Program-made: the position numbers and the translations under genes | Part shown: positions 49,301 to 61,200 of the stretch, piece after piece | How positions within the stretch are numbered: the stretch's first letter is position 1 | Layout: each line of letters opens with the position of its first letter | Notes under the pieces: generated by a model | Told to the model about the DNA's origin: nothing | The model's input: the letters and a program-made list of their open reading frames with translations, nothing else | Databases searched by the model: none | DNA from: Antedon mediterranea | Taxonomy: Eukaryota > Animalia > Echinodermata | Direction of reading: 5' to 3' | NCBI RefSeq assembly: GCF_964355755.1 | Contig: NC_092672.1 | Span: 12,958,001 to 13,022,000 of the forward strand | DNA: 64,000 nucleotides

Positions 49301-52300
49301 TTATACACCGAACATAAATGCCTCACCACACAGAGTGTAAATCGTCACCTCGTTGGCTAGGCCTGAGTAGGCTAGGCCTAGCTATAGTGTACTAACGTAA
49401 CGGCAACCTGCTTCTGCCTAGTTTTCAAGGCATTTTAGCGTGATGTTATACTAAATATGATGAAAAGATTTGTTTATTATGGAGCCGTTTTAGGCGCTCC
49501 GATAAAATTTCATTTGTAAACGTTTACGATTGGAATAGTATTTATTTAGTTATACGCACGATCGCCGACCGCTCCGTACCCCCAGCGCAAGCCCTTCTTG
49601 GCGGCCACATGTTGGACGGTATTTGACTAGTATATTCTCCAGGTGATTATAGCATGGACCTAGCTTACACACTTCTCGGATACATACTGTAGATACTAAT
49701 CGAATTTGATTGTCCGTGAAAACGTGCGCCCTCTCGAAATGATCGAGCGAGGCTAGCCCACACACGTGCGTGTTACACACACGGTCATGCACTCGATGTT
49801 GCGGGTGCGAAACTCATGAATAGAAACAACTTGTTGAGGCTGGGCGCGGCCGAGCATAGGTAAGAAAAAACCTAAATAAAGGACGCCGTTGTAGACAAAA
49901 TATATTATTACAATAATATTGATTACAATTTAAAAAAAACATTGTTTTGATGAAATATAAGGTGCGTCTTGTACATCGACGATATAAAAAATACCGATAT
50001 TTTACTCTCAGTTAGGGGGTGCGTCTTGTACACAGGTGCGACTTATACATCGAAATATACGGTAACAGAAAACGGCACAACACCCGCGTATTTTACAGTA
50101 CAATATTTTAATCACTATAATATTTACCGAATTATAATGGTTGAATCTTTAAAATTCCGAACGGTATTTACGCCTCGTGCACCGTTTTAAATGTAGTTCG
50201 CACAATTACCATGCACAATACGTTTGTAATCTATGTTTTATCGATTTCAATGTAGATTTAGCTATAATTTAATACCAAAAAGCATAATATTTTTCCATAA
50301 ACGATAATTTAAAATTGAAACAAACTCGAGCGTGTACAATTACAGATTTCTAAATAAGTCACAGTAAAGTTGACTGGTTGGACCGCCTACAACAAGTTGA
50401 GCCGCCACTGATTTCTATGGAATGCTCACTGCGTATTTTATTGTGTACAGTGTAATAAAAAAAAATACATAATTATATGTACTACAATTTTGTCGCCATA
50501 ACAACAACAAAGGAAAGTAGTTTAACATAATATTTTAGTATCTTTCGAGTTAAAGTGTAGTGGATTCCCCACAAATTTTCTCGCGTGTACTACTTGATTG
50601 AAGTCACATTGTCTCTCAGGACTAATAAAATATTGACAAACATTCTTTGAATGAGGTTAAAATTAAATAAAGATTTTTTTTTATTTACTTTTAATCATTT
50701 ACTATCATATTTTATTGCATTTTACAATGTTATATTTAACAAAATATTTTATGAAAGTAAAATGACGTAGTTCATACAATTGCCGACTTAGTGGGCAACT
50801 TGTTTACATCGTTCGTGGCTAAAAACGATCATTTTCATGTTTTAGACTGTATTATAATATATAGAAAACTACAACAAGTAAGATTTTCATAATTTTTTTA
50901 ATTGTAATATAATATACTATTACTAAAACAGTAATATTAAAGACCCCTTCCCTGCAATTTTGGACGTTTTTTGGAAAATAATACATATATATATCACTTT
51001 AAAAACATTAAACCATGTCATTCCTTGTCTTAAATGTACGTTTTATGGTAAATTATGATAAAAAGTGAGAAACAATGCACTACCTAAGTAGCTCGCGGCG
51101 AGCGACCTCTCGTGGACGGTCTTAGGCCTAGCCTAGCTAGGCTTAGTTTTGTAGGCCTAGCTGGTAAGCATCGATAACATACGAACATCGTACGCTAGCT
51201 ATATACCTAGCCTGACGTTGTATAGTTGCTGCATTAATTGTCTTTCTATTTTTGCCAGACTCCGTTGATACAAATTGGGGAAAACACGGTATTTTCGCTG
51301 AAAAGTTAGGAGTCTTCCATTTGTTTTGGCTTCACGATCGATCGAAAAGTGGGCGAATTACAGGTGAAAAACAAAAATATCAATCCGCGCGCAATGCATT
51401 TTGGGATTTATAGCGGGCCGCTATAATTATTAGAATCGATTTATTTTTCACATTTGTAACCGTTTAAAGACGAAAAAAGTTATCGCAATAGGACCATGTA
51501 GTATTATTTTTACATTAAATATAGTTTGTGATCTTAAATTAGATCTCAAAAACGTAGGGAATGGGGCTTTAACTTTTGAATATACATCGCTATCCCCGAA
51601 TAATATAACTAGCTAACTTCTATTTGAAGAAACAATTAAGCACCGGCGATAGAATAGCATTTGGCGTTTCATAGAAAATAACGTTTTTTGCTGGCTCAAC
51701 TAGAATCCATATGTAGAGTAGGGCTTCGAAGTTCCCAAATGGGAATTTTTTTTAATTTTGCTCGATTGACAATGACAAATTTAATATTGAAAAAATAATG
51801 GCGCTAGTTCCGTTTCGCAGTCATTTATTTTGACTCAAATTTGTTAAGTAACTTTATCGTGATTACCACACCTTAGAATTAGGCCTCAAAAATACTTATT
51901 ACAAAAAGGAGATCACACATAAAGTAACAAATAAATCCTTACATTATTGATGAATTTACAGACGTGTTTTTCGCACATCGGTTCGTGAATTTCAATGTTG
52001 TTGTTTCTATGGAGCGCCAAAAGAGCAACTACTATAATAGAGAGCTAAAAACTCAGTATAATTCGTATATTTAATGCACAGGTGCAAAACTGAACTAGCG
52101 CCAAAATAATGTGTTCAATATGGATTCCACAGAGTTTTAGCCCTCTATATTAATGTTGCCTTCCATGGTCTATAGAAACCAAAATATGCGAAAATGAATG
52201 ATTTCGTACAATCACAGTCAATAACATTAACACAAGGCCTCTTTACTAGCTAGGGCTAGGCCTCTAGAAAGGTAATCTTTTCTACTTCAAGATCACCTAA

Positions 52301-52671
52301 ATAGACCTTTCGACAGAAGAGGTGTGTTGGTCGAGAAGATTGCCATTATGTTGTTGTGCATTCCGAACTACTCTACTAAAAAAAAGTGGCATCAATCATC
52401 ATGCATTCACATCACACGTGGGGGTATCACATATCTCACCTAACGACAAACACAGCAAACGGCATGCTGCCTTCTGACCAATTAAGTGGTTGATAATTGG
52501 TCCAAAAAACATACATTCGTCGTCTGGATGTGCAGTTACAATTAGAGAATTCAAATCACGAATTCTACGTCCTTTGGTATGCCTTGACAAGCCAAGAATA
52601 CCGTAACACAGCAAACAAATAAAAAGATACACAAACGCACATGCTACAACCACTGACTCCGCCGCCATCAT
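37379..52671 (-). CDS. PIGL: N-acetylglucosaminyl-phosphatidylinositol de-N-acetylase (GPI biosynthesis), 7 exons, 257 aa
   Basis: Exons 52671-52440, 42300-42201, 39769-39679, 38542-38475, 38126-38092, 37962-37820, 37483-37379; all GT-AG and in phase. N-terminal TM helix, AHPDDECMFFGP, G..R.KEL..SC, TFD.YGVSGHRNH, AM..H.SQLLWFR.L...FS.YM.IN. Confidence 0.96.
38817..39153. mobile_element. PIF/Harbinger-type MITE in PIGL intron 3
   Basis: About 45-bp TIRs TGCACTTGTCAATTGTATGACCCACTATACGACCCCCGGGAG; TAA on both flanks; internal TGACGCACC repeats. Confidence 0.8.
42803..43431 (+). mobile_element. Kolobok-like 629-bp unit, copy 1
   Basis: TTAA flanks; imperfect TIRs AGACCCCTTCCCTGC / GTAGGGAATGGGGCT; near-identical direct copy at 50941-51568. 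Confidence 0.75.
43893..44680. repeat. Foldback (long inverted repeat) element
   Basis: About 43893-44150 is reverse-complementary to about 44420-44680, with an internal duplication (44185-44345 similar to 44363-44520). Confidence 0.85.
44718..47829. mobile_element. Non-autonomous EnSpm/CACTA (CMC)-like element
   Basis: TIRs CCTTTTGCAAAAAAACCGTATAC / GTATACGGCTTTTTTGCAAAGGG; 2-bp AT flanks; many CGTATACG-type subterminal repeats at both ends. Confidence 0.7.
49234..50062. mobile_element. Tc2/pogo-like MITE
   Basis: 27-bp TIRs CCGTATATTTCG(G/A)TGTATAAGTCGCAC; TA TSD; internal GGTGCGTCTT(A/G)TACA repeats. Confidence 0.88.
50941..51568 (+). mobile_element. Kolobok-like 628-bp unit, copy 2
   Basis: TTAA on both sides; direct repeat of 42803-43431 with few differences. 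Confidence 0.8.
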
Positions 52672-53599
52672 CTCGCTCTATTTTTGACATTTGTTTGAGC
52701 TTGGTGTTTTTTATGATCTCAAATTCAATAGCGCCACCAATTCCTAAACTACATATTTGGTGAACTTGACAAATTCGTCTAAATTTGGCAAAAGTGGTCA
52801 GAAAGTTGAACAAATAAAACGAAAACATTGAGGTTAAAGGTTGAAAATATATATATCATTTTTTTAATTTCTTTTTTTAGATAGGTAGTATAAGGTAATA
52901 TAATTAAACAATTTTTCAAATATACCGAAATCAATTTTCACAATGAATTTTGGGAAATATGTATTTTTAGGGGTAGCTTTAAAGATATATGTCCCCCTGA
53001 AAAAAATATTGTTACCATTGTTTTTATTATTATATAATATAATTTTATTGTCAATATTTATTCACTTTGAACAAACAGTAGATTGCATCTACAAAAGTAT
53101 TTAGGCCTACCTAAAAAATAAATTTAAAGCAAAAATCTATTAGGCCTAAATATCTGTCAGACAATGTAGGCCTATTGTTTTTGTCTTTTTATAAGTGAAA
53201 TCATTGATTTTGTTTGTTTGTTTTGATTAATGTTTTGTTTTGTATGTGTTTACTCATCAAAGAGTCCATTTTTTTGTTGGTTTTATCGATTCTACTTGTC
53301 ACTGTCCCCCGTTTTTAGTAGTGTCCATTATCTCTCTCTATTCCATTGTTTTGTTATTTGTATTGAATTTTCTGTATTATTATTGATTTTGTAATCGCTG
53401 TTCTCCTTCTATTATAAACTATTGGATGTCGTAGGCCTACTCGTAAATGATACGATATAATCTTTACATCTGTTCCTTCTTTTTTCCGTGTCATGGTGGA
53501 TTTAAATTTATCGTATCAGTTCACTTTTAATAAATGTGTTGAAAGATAATAATATAATAATAATGTTATCATTTTTTTATATTAATTGTGCTGTATTTT

Positions 53600-54215
53600 T
53601 TTACATCTAGGTGGTATTTATTTGATTATACATGTTACCATATTATATACCCCAAATAAAGATGCCTCCCCTCCCCCTAAAAACCCTTTTGAGACCAAAA
53701 TTGACTTGCTGCGACCAGTGGTTGCCGAGATACAAGTACCTTTATTTATTTGTTTATATAAACCTTGACCCTGACCCTTTGACCTTTTGTAACATTTTTC
53801 AAAATGTTTTTCAAATAACAAAATATATATTTCGAACAATTTAAAACCAAATTGAAGTGTCTACGACCAGTAGTTACGGAGATAAATACATGCCCTGGGT
53901 TGTGGGTCAAAGGTCAGAAATGGCATTTCCGGTCATTTTAAACTAAAATGTCCCATTAGACTGAATATAAATGTATACCTTCTGATCAATTTGAGACCAA
54001 AATTACTTCGCTGTGACCAGTGGTTGTTCAGATTTAAGGACATATTGGTGTTTGGTCTTATGACCTTTCACCCTGACCTTTTGACCTTTCGCCACATTTT
54101 CAAAATGTGTAACCAAGCCAAAAATGATTGTTTGACCACCCTAAACCAATTTCTGAAGTCAAATTCTCTGGACCTCAAAGTGCATACGAAAGTTGATCTA
54201 GCTACTAGAGTATAG
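53600..54215. repeat. Unclassified interspersed repeat with TGACC(T/C) motifs
   Basis: Internal repeated blocks (GAGACCAAAATT...GACCAGTGGTTG; TGACCTTTTGACCTTT) between the PIGL and SLC6 genes. Confidence 0.5.
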
Positions 54216-55278
54216 ATCTTAATGATCATTTAGATTAAAATAATCACCTATTGTTATTGTATAACATCTTATTTATTATATTTTTTGTAGAGATTCAAGC
54301 TTTTGAAAGAATTGCGAGGATATCATATTGTAAAATACACGAGGGTATGCATGTATCCGTGAAAATTGAGAGAATAAAAAAACATAGGGAATCGACGCTG
54401 CTTTCTGTTGTGGCCTAACCTACACCCATTATGCGAAAGAGAAGAATATGAAAGTAATAGAGATATTCGATAGGAGCCAAACTAATCGACTCGACTAAGG
54501 CCATCAATCTCAGTTTAGCTGAATGCTTTGAAGTAGGTAAGTTGAAATACATTGTAAAACAATAACAAATAGTCGTGGCAATTAAAGTATATAGCTATTA
54601 TATATTATACCAATAATAAGTAAACGATAAAGATGAGAACAAACTAAACGAACATCCACTTCGTTATTATAGTTTCCATGACAACTCCACACAATTTGAA
54701 AATTTGTCAATGTCTCATTCTTTTAATCAGTACTTGAGTATTTTTTTCTTTCATGCTCTTTCAATTAATTCCTCTCAAGAAGACATATTATATACAGTAG
54801 CATGTATGATAATGTACCAGATATAGATGAACCCTAAATGAAAAAGTCTACTGGGCCCAAGTATCGTATTAGGCTACTCGTGTTATCTAAAACATAGCAG
54901 GCCTTGAAGCATGATTCTGTAAAGTGAGAAATACATTTATATTACATTTTTCGTAAAAGTGTAGATAAGTCTACAAAATTGCTGCCATTGTGAGAGTGAT
55001 AATTGTACGTCGTAGGTCTAAATAAATGTACATTGCCTAGGTGATTACATGTATTAAGCTAACATAATTTCACAGTTAACAGTCATTTACCAAACAAACA
55101 AATTTAAAACTACACTAAAACATCTTAACAGTCTTAAACAAGTTTACATGAACGGTACAATGCTAAGCGCATGGGTGTATAGGTTTCGCTATTATAAGAT
55201 ACAGTACTTCCAACTTTCCAATTAAACCAATAGACGTTTCGTCATCCAATTGCACTGTTCTTACTTAAAATAATTTAT

Positions 55279-58200
55279 TTATACCCTTGTCGAAATAGCT
55301 CCCTCATATTCATCCACAAAATCTGGCATTTCCTCTGGTTTTAACGACTTCTTCAACCGCTGAAATAAAATTAAGCAAAACATCTTTTTTAAAGAAATTA
55401 ACTTCAATAATTGGGTAAATACACATACCTACAAAGAGCACCATAAGTCATAATGTTAATTGCTCAAATTTTATTTTTATTTAATGATTATGAAGGTCAG
55501 ATCTGACAGCTAAATCCATAATTATTTTTCTACGTAAACTATTAATACGTTTGTTAACGCTATGGTTGGCTAATGTACGTTTTCATTTGTCCATATAAAA
55601 TACTAACATACTGCCTTATAATAATATACAATACAATCTCAACAATATAATTGCTATTGAATCATGAAGCACTGTTAATATATTCTCTTTTGTATATATA
55701 CTTAATAAAAAATGCAGAAACAATCAAAAGATTTTGATTCATCTGGTTATGTTAAAATTAAATTATTATTTGAATTGAAACGATTAATTAACATAGAAAT
55801 AAAACAATTAAATGGAAATTATGACAAATATAGTCATAATGTTAATCTGCTCAAATAGTTATTTTTATTTAATGATTATGATTATTTTAGGACGTCAGAT
55901 CTCACAGTTAAATCCATTTTCTATGTAAACTATTAATACTTTTTAACGCTACATGGATGGTTAATGTAGATTTATATTTTGTCCATCTAAACTACTAATA
56001 TAGGCATAGACCTACTGTCCTATAATAAAATACAATACAATCTCGACAATGTAATTACTAATATTGAACCATAAAGCACTGTTAATATATTCTCTTTTGT
56101 ATATACTTAATACAAAATTGCGGAAACAATTAAAAAGAAATTAAATTATTCTTTAACAATTGAAACGATTAATTAACATAGAAATAAAAAACTAAATGGA
56201 AATTATGTCAAATATAGTTCTGTTTCATAACATTTTTGGTGATGAAATTACGATACATGTTCATTACCTTACCGTCTAATTTTACTTATCATAACTTGTC
56301 CCTATTATTTACATGGTACTTAGTTGAAGCACCTATTTCTTGTATTGCAAATTGGAATATTTCTTGCTAACGAAATGCGAGGAAATTGCATCGGAAATTA
56401 AGCATATTAAAATAGTAGTAGATATTACATGAACGTAATGCTGTCCTTATTGCAATGAGGTTCATTAATCTAGCAGAACTTCGATCGTTGAGTAAATCAA
56501 AAAGAAATTCAACTGTTCGGTCACGAGGTCAGACAATTAAAGTTCACAATTATGATTGTCATCGAAACAATTTAGGAAGTTTCATGTCTGTAATTTATGA
56601 AACTTTCTAATCACAGGCTTAATTGTAATCATAGTTTTTTAACCTTTGCTCTATTTTTTCTGAATATTTCATTTTCTATCATAAGCATGGTTGAATGTTC
56701 TCGAATAAATTTAATGTCAAAACACACGATGAGACATAGTTAATTATTATAAGGAGACTGTCTCTTCAAAGCGTATTTTAAATATTGCATTTGATTTTTT
56801 TAATTTCAGTTCATACCTCTATTCTATGTCTTTCTTTTTAATTCAATTGAATTTAATTTAATCAAATTAATAATAATAAATAATATAAGCCAAATTAAAG
56901 GCGAAGTTATGCATCGATAATAATTAAGAAAATGCATGGATATACCTTTAGTATTGTGGATCCATCTGTACGTAGTATTTTGTAAACCATAAATAATGGT
57001 ATCCAGATGAGAGACGAAGCCATCATGCACCATCCTAGACCAATTGCCCACGTCGGATACACGTAACCATCGAATACCAGAGGTTTGTATTCGATTATGC
57101 CAAATATAACTATGAACTAGAAAATAAATTAGTAAATTGAAGGTGCTTCAGTTAATAAACCTCTAACGTGCAGAACAGTGTTAAACGCAAACATTATTAG
57201 GCCTATGCCTACATGATTTTCAGATGTGCCTATATCCCACCGATGAACGATTAATGCACATTATTATAAAATGCAAAACTACCAGGCCTAGTAGGATCAC
57301 TAATATGTTTGGATTTTGGTTTTTGCATTATAAGGAACTGGTACAAAATAGGCTTCTGCATGTACATGTTTTACACATCGAACAACAATAATAATGCTCT
57401 GAACAATGTTATTATTGATATAGCCTAGTTTTGTTTTTGTTGTTTAGTATAAAATATAGGTACGCCGTTATTTATAAATATGCAATTTTTATGTAATACC
57501 ACTTATGCAATTTTATTCATTTTCAACAGAGCAGTAGTTAAATTAAAATAGAATGTATTTATTTAAAATTGATTGTTCTTTTGATTCATAGGATTGTACT
57601 TTTTTCTTTACAAAAATGCCTAAAATTTAGGAGACAGACTTTCTGCTTCAACATCTTCCTGTAATAAGGGTTAACTACAATAGATCTTAAACTTGTTTTA
57701 AAACCAGGATATGGCAAAAAATGTGTTTTTCTAATGTACAGAAAATTGTAGGCTAATACTGTAGTTTGCTTGTTTGGAATTGCACATTCTTAATGACAAT
57801 TTTCACTTTATCAGTTATTTTGATTTTTACCGTAAGAACTGTTGGAGTCAAAAAGCACCAACAAATTTTCCAATAAATTCCTGGAGGTCTACCTAGCATA
57901 GACTTCACGTCAGCTTCAAATCGACGATTACCGTAAATCCAAGCCACGGCAATGGCCTCTAGTAACACGATTGCAAGTAGAGTTGAAGCAGCTCCATAAG
58001 CGTCTATCAACTGTATTACATATTGTCCACCCTGCCAATACAATCGTTATAATATTCATGATGGTATATATTATTTCACAGTAATAAAAATTAATGATAA
58101 AATAAGTGGATTTGATATACTGTATATTTATAATTTGATATATTTGTGAAGAAGGGTATTATATCGTATGTTATTAAATTAAAAAATATGATATACAGTA

Positions 58201-61200
58201 TCATATTAATAATAACAAAAGTAAAAAGTAAAATTACTCAAACTACCACAAGTAAAGAAATAAAGCTAAACGAAATAAAAATGAATTTAAAGAGATTAGA
58301 TTTCAGTCGAGACTTAAAGGGCTCATTCAGACTTGGTTTGCCCGAAGTAAGTTGGCTTCATGAACCATTATTATCGCTAACTTACCCGAGTAAAATAATT
58401 AAAGCATGAATCGCGCCCAAAAAGAACAAGAGATGGACGCATAATAAGTTGGTTACACACCCACAAAAGTTAGCTATAATGGTACATGTGTCCAAGTCTG
58501 GTTAAGTCTGACCGAAGTGTTCCAGTAGCGACATAGAACCCTAACGAAGGGTCACCATAAGAAGGCTGCCGGGATAATTGAAGAAGAGGTAGAGTACATG
58601 CCGTATGCCTAATTACTGATATGTAGCGACGAAAGACCATAAAGAGACTTATAAATAAATAGTAGATATTTAAAGTGTATTTGCAACTGCAAACTGCTTA
58701 CAAATTCAGTATTAGGCCTACATACGTAATTTTTGTAATGAATAAAAGGCCTGATGTTAAAAAATATAATGAAATATGTTCGTACTGCTTACATTGGCCT
58801 CAACATTATAAGTATCATGATGTTTAGGTATAATCTGAATGTCATGTCAACAATAGCAACGAGATTATTATTAAATAAAAGTAAATTGAGCTGCCTGAAA
58901 GAATTGTATAGAATGAGAATCAATATAGAGCCCTTGACTGGGCATTATTTGTATTCTGGGTAATGAAATAGATTTCTTAATCAATATTAACTAATTACAC
59001 TATTAGACAGTGGTTTAGAATTGAATAATGTTATTGTTTATTGTTTTTATTTGTGATAGCCTGAGTCCATTACTCAGAGACCATAAATGACTTCAATTGA
59101 CTGTATACACATTCAATAAATGTATGGCTATACCGTGATAAAGTTAATAAAGGAAAAAGTTCTTAGACCTAGTTCGACTAACCGTGTTTATCTATTGCTT
59201 TGATTGTAAATATCGTAAATTTATATTATAATACAAATCTCCTTCCAAATAAAGACAAAACACCACGTTTTGGATGAACCCAAGTAAAATGTTTCCTTTA
59301 ATCTTTCAATTATAAAAAAAAAAAAAAAAACTACTATGAAATAAAATGTTTAAAGTAATACTTTGTACGGTAGTGCAGCCATGGAAACCAACATGATTAC
59401 ATGTATACCCTCACCCTGGGGGAGAGGCGCAAGGTTCTGACATTAAATTTCCATGCAAATAGAATCAACTGACCATATCTGTCCTGGAACATTAGTTACA
59501 GTCAATTCTTGGACAGTCGACGAACTCACTATCATAGAAAAATTCCATGACACGTCGTAATTTGATTTATTTATCTATTTTCAATGTTCTATACATAATA
59601 ACTAGGCCTAAATATTAGTTTACTGGGGTGTAGGTGAAAAGCAACAGTTAGAAAAAAAAACTAATGCTGCCAATTAAAGCGATACATTAAAACAAGATTG
59701 AAAAAAATTCAACAAACATAAAAACAAAAACACACAATAGTCCTAATTGTATTCACATAACGTATAACATTCAGAAATATATTAGTTAATAACCATTGTA
59801 TGTATAACAATATAAATCTGATTGTGCAATCAATAAAAAATATTGAAAGTCGTCATAATTTATCTGTAAAATATTCATAGTTAAAAAATGTTCATTTAAA
59901 CTATCCTTATGTCATGCTCATGTTGTATTCTAAAACTTTGACTACACTATCAAACAAGTTTGACTAAAAATGTGTGATGTGCCCAAATATGGTAGTGATT
60001 TGACGTCATTGTGTCCATTATACTGTATGTGCACATCACGTTTAGTTTTCACACAGTTTGATAGTATAGACAGAGCTTAACGATACATTTATGTGATGGA
60101 CATGTGATGGAATACCACGGAACTGAATACTGGACAAATAAAACAAAACAATTGTACGTACGTAAGTCACAGTTGGAAGTGCTCCAAGAAAAGAACACGT
60201 CACCAGACCCAACACGAACAGTTCACGGTGTTTACCGATTGATGTCGGGTATTCGTCGCTCCAAGCCGTGATGATCGATTCTAATCCACCAAACTGTGAA
60301 GGATATCACTAAATAGTTAGTATACAACAGATAATCCAGCTTTAGTGTAAGATTTAGGAAAATGTCCGTATAAATAAAATAAATATACGATATATGTGAT
60401 AGTCGGCAAAACAAGTTACATTACATGTTTTAAAAAATGACACAAAATAAAACATCACAGACACATAAACAGTAGCAATGCAAATTAATTAAAATATGAA
60501 AACATTTTGGTAGCCACATTGACAACAATAGTTTGATAAACTTCAATGAGTTTAAATTGGCAATAGAGAAGAAACAGAAAAATTGAAATACATATAATAA
60601 TAAAAATATGATAATAGATACAAATCATGAGTTTAGATATAAAAAGCTTTCAACGAATAAAAAAAAAATTTTCGACGCACAAAATTCCTTTCAGTATGGT
60701 TGTGTCTACTTTCAGTTCTAGATTGATGTAGGCATATACCATACCTAGGCCTAGGCCTATACCTTTTTAACATTACAGAATTGAACAACATTCAATCAAA
60801 AATATAATTTAAAAAAAACGCCGAACGTGCAATTTAATTACTTAATAATAGATCCATATAATGTGCAGTAGAACTAATACCGAACGGCACGTAATACAAA
60901 ATTAACGAATCAGATTGCAAGGATACACACTCAGGTGAAAAAAAAAAAATTCCAGATGCGAAACGTTTATTCATAGTCTTTTATATTCTATAATTGTTTT
61001 CAGTTTATAACTGTTTTTACAGTAAATTTAAACAAATATATTGACTTGTTAACGTCTGACACGGTAAATTGTTTTATATAAATGTTTTACTTACTGTACT
61101 GTCAAGTCCAAGATTAATCAACATTAGGAAGAACATGATTGACCAAATACTGGACCCTCCAATTGTTGTTATAGCCTGAGGGTACACGATAAACACCAAA

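Noticed and set aside
58310-58520. Harbinger-like terminus AGGGCTCATTCAGACTTGG
   Set aside because: The partner TIR is too degenerate and no TSD could be defined.
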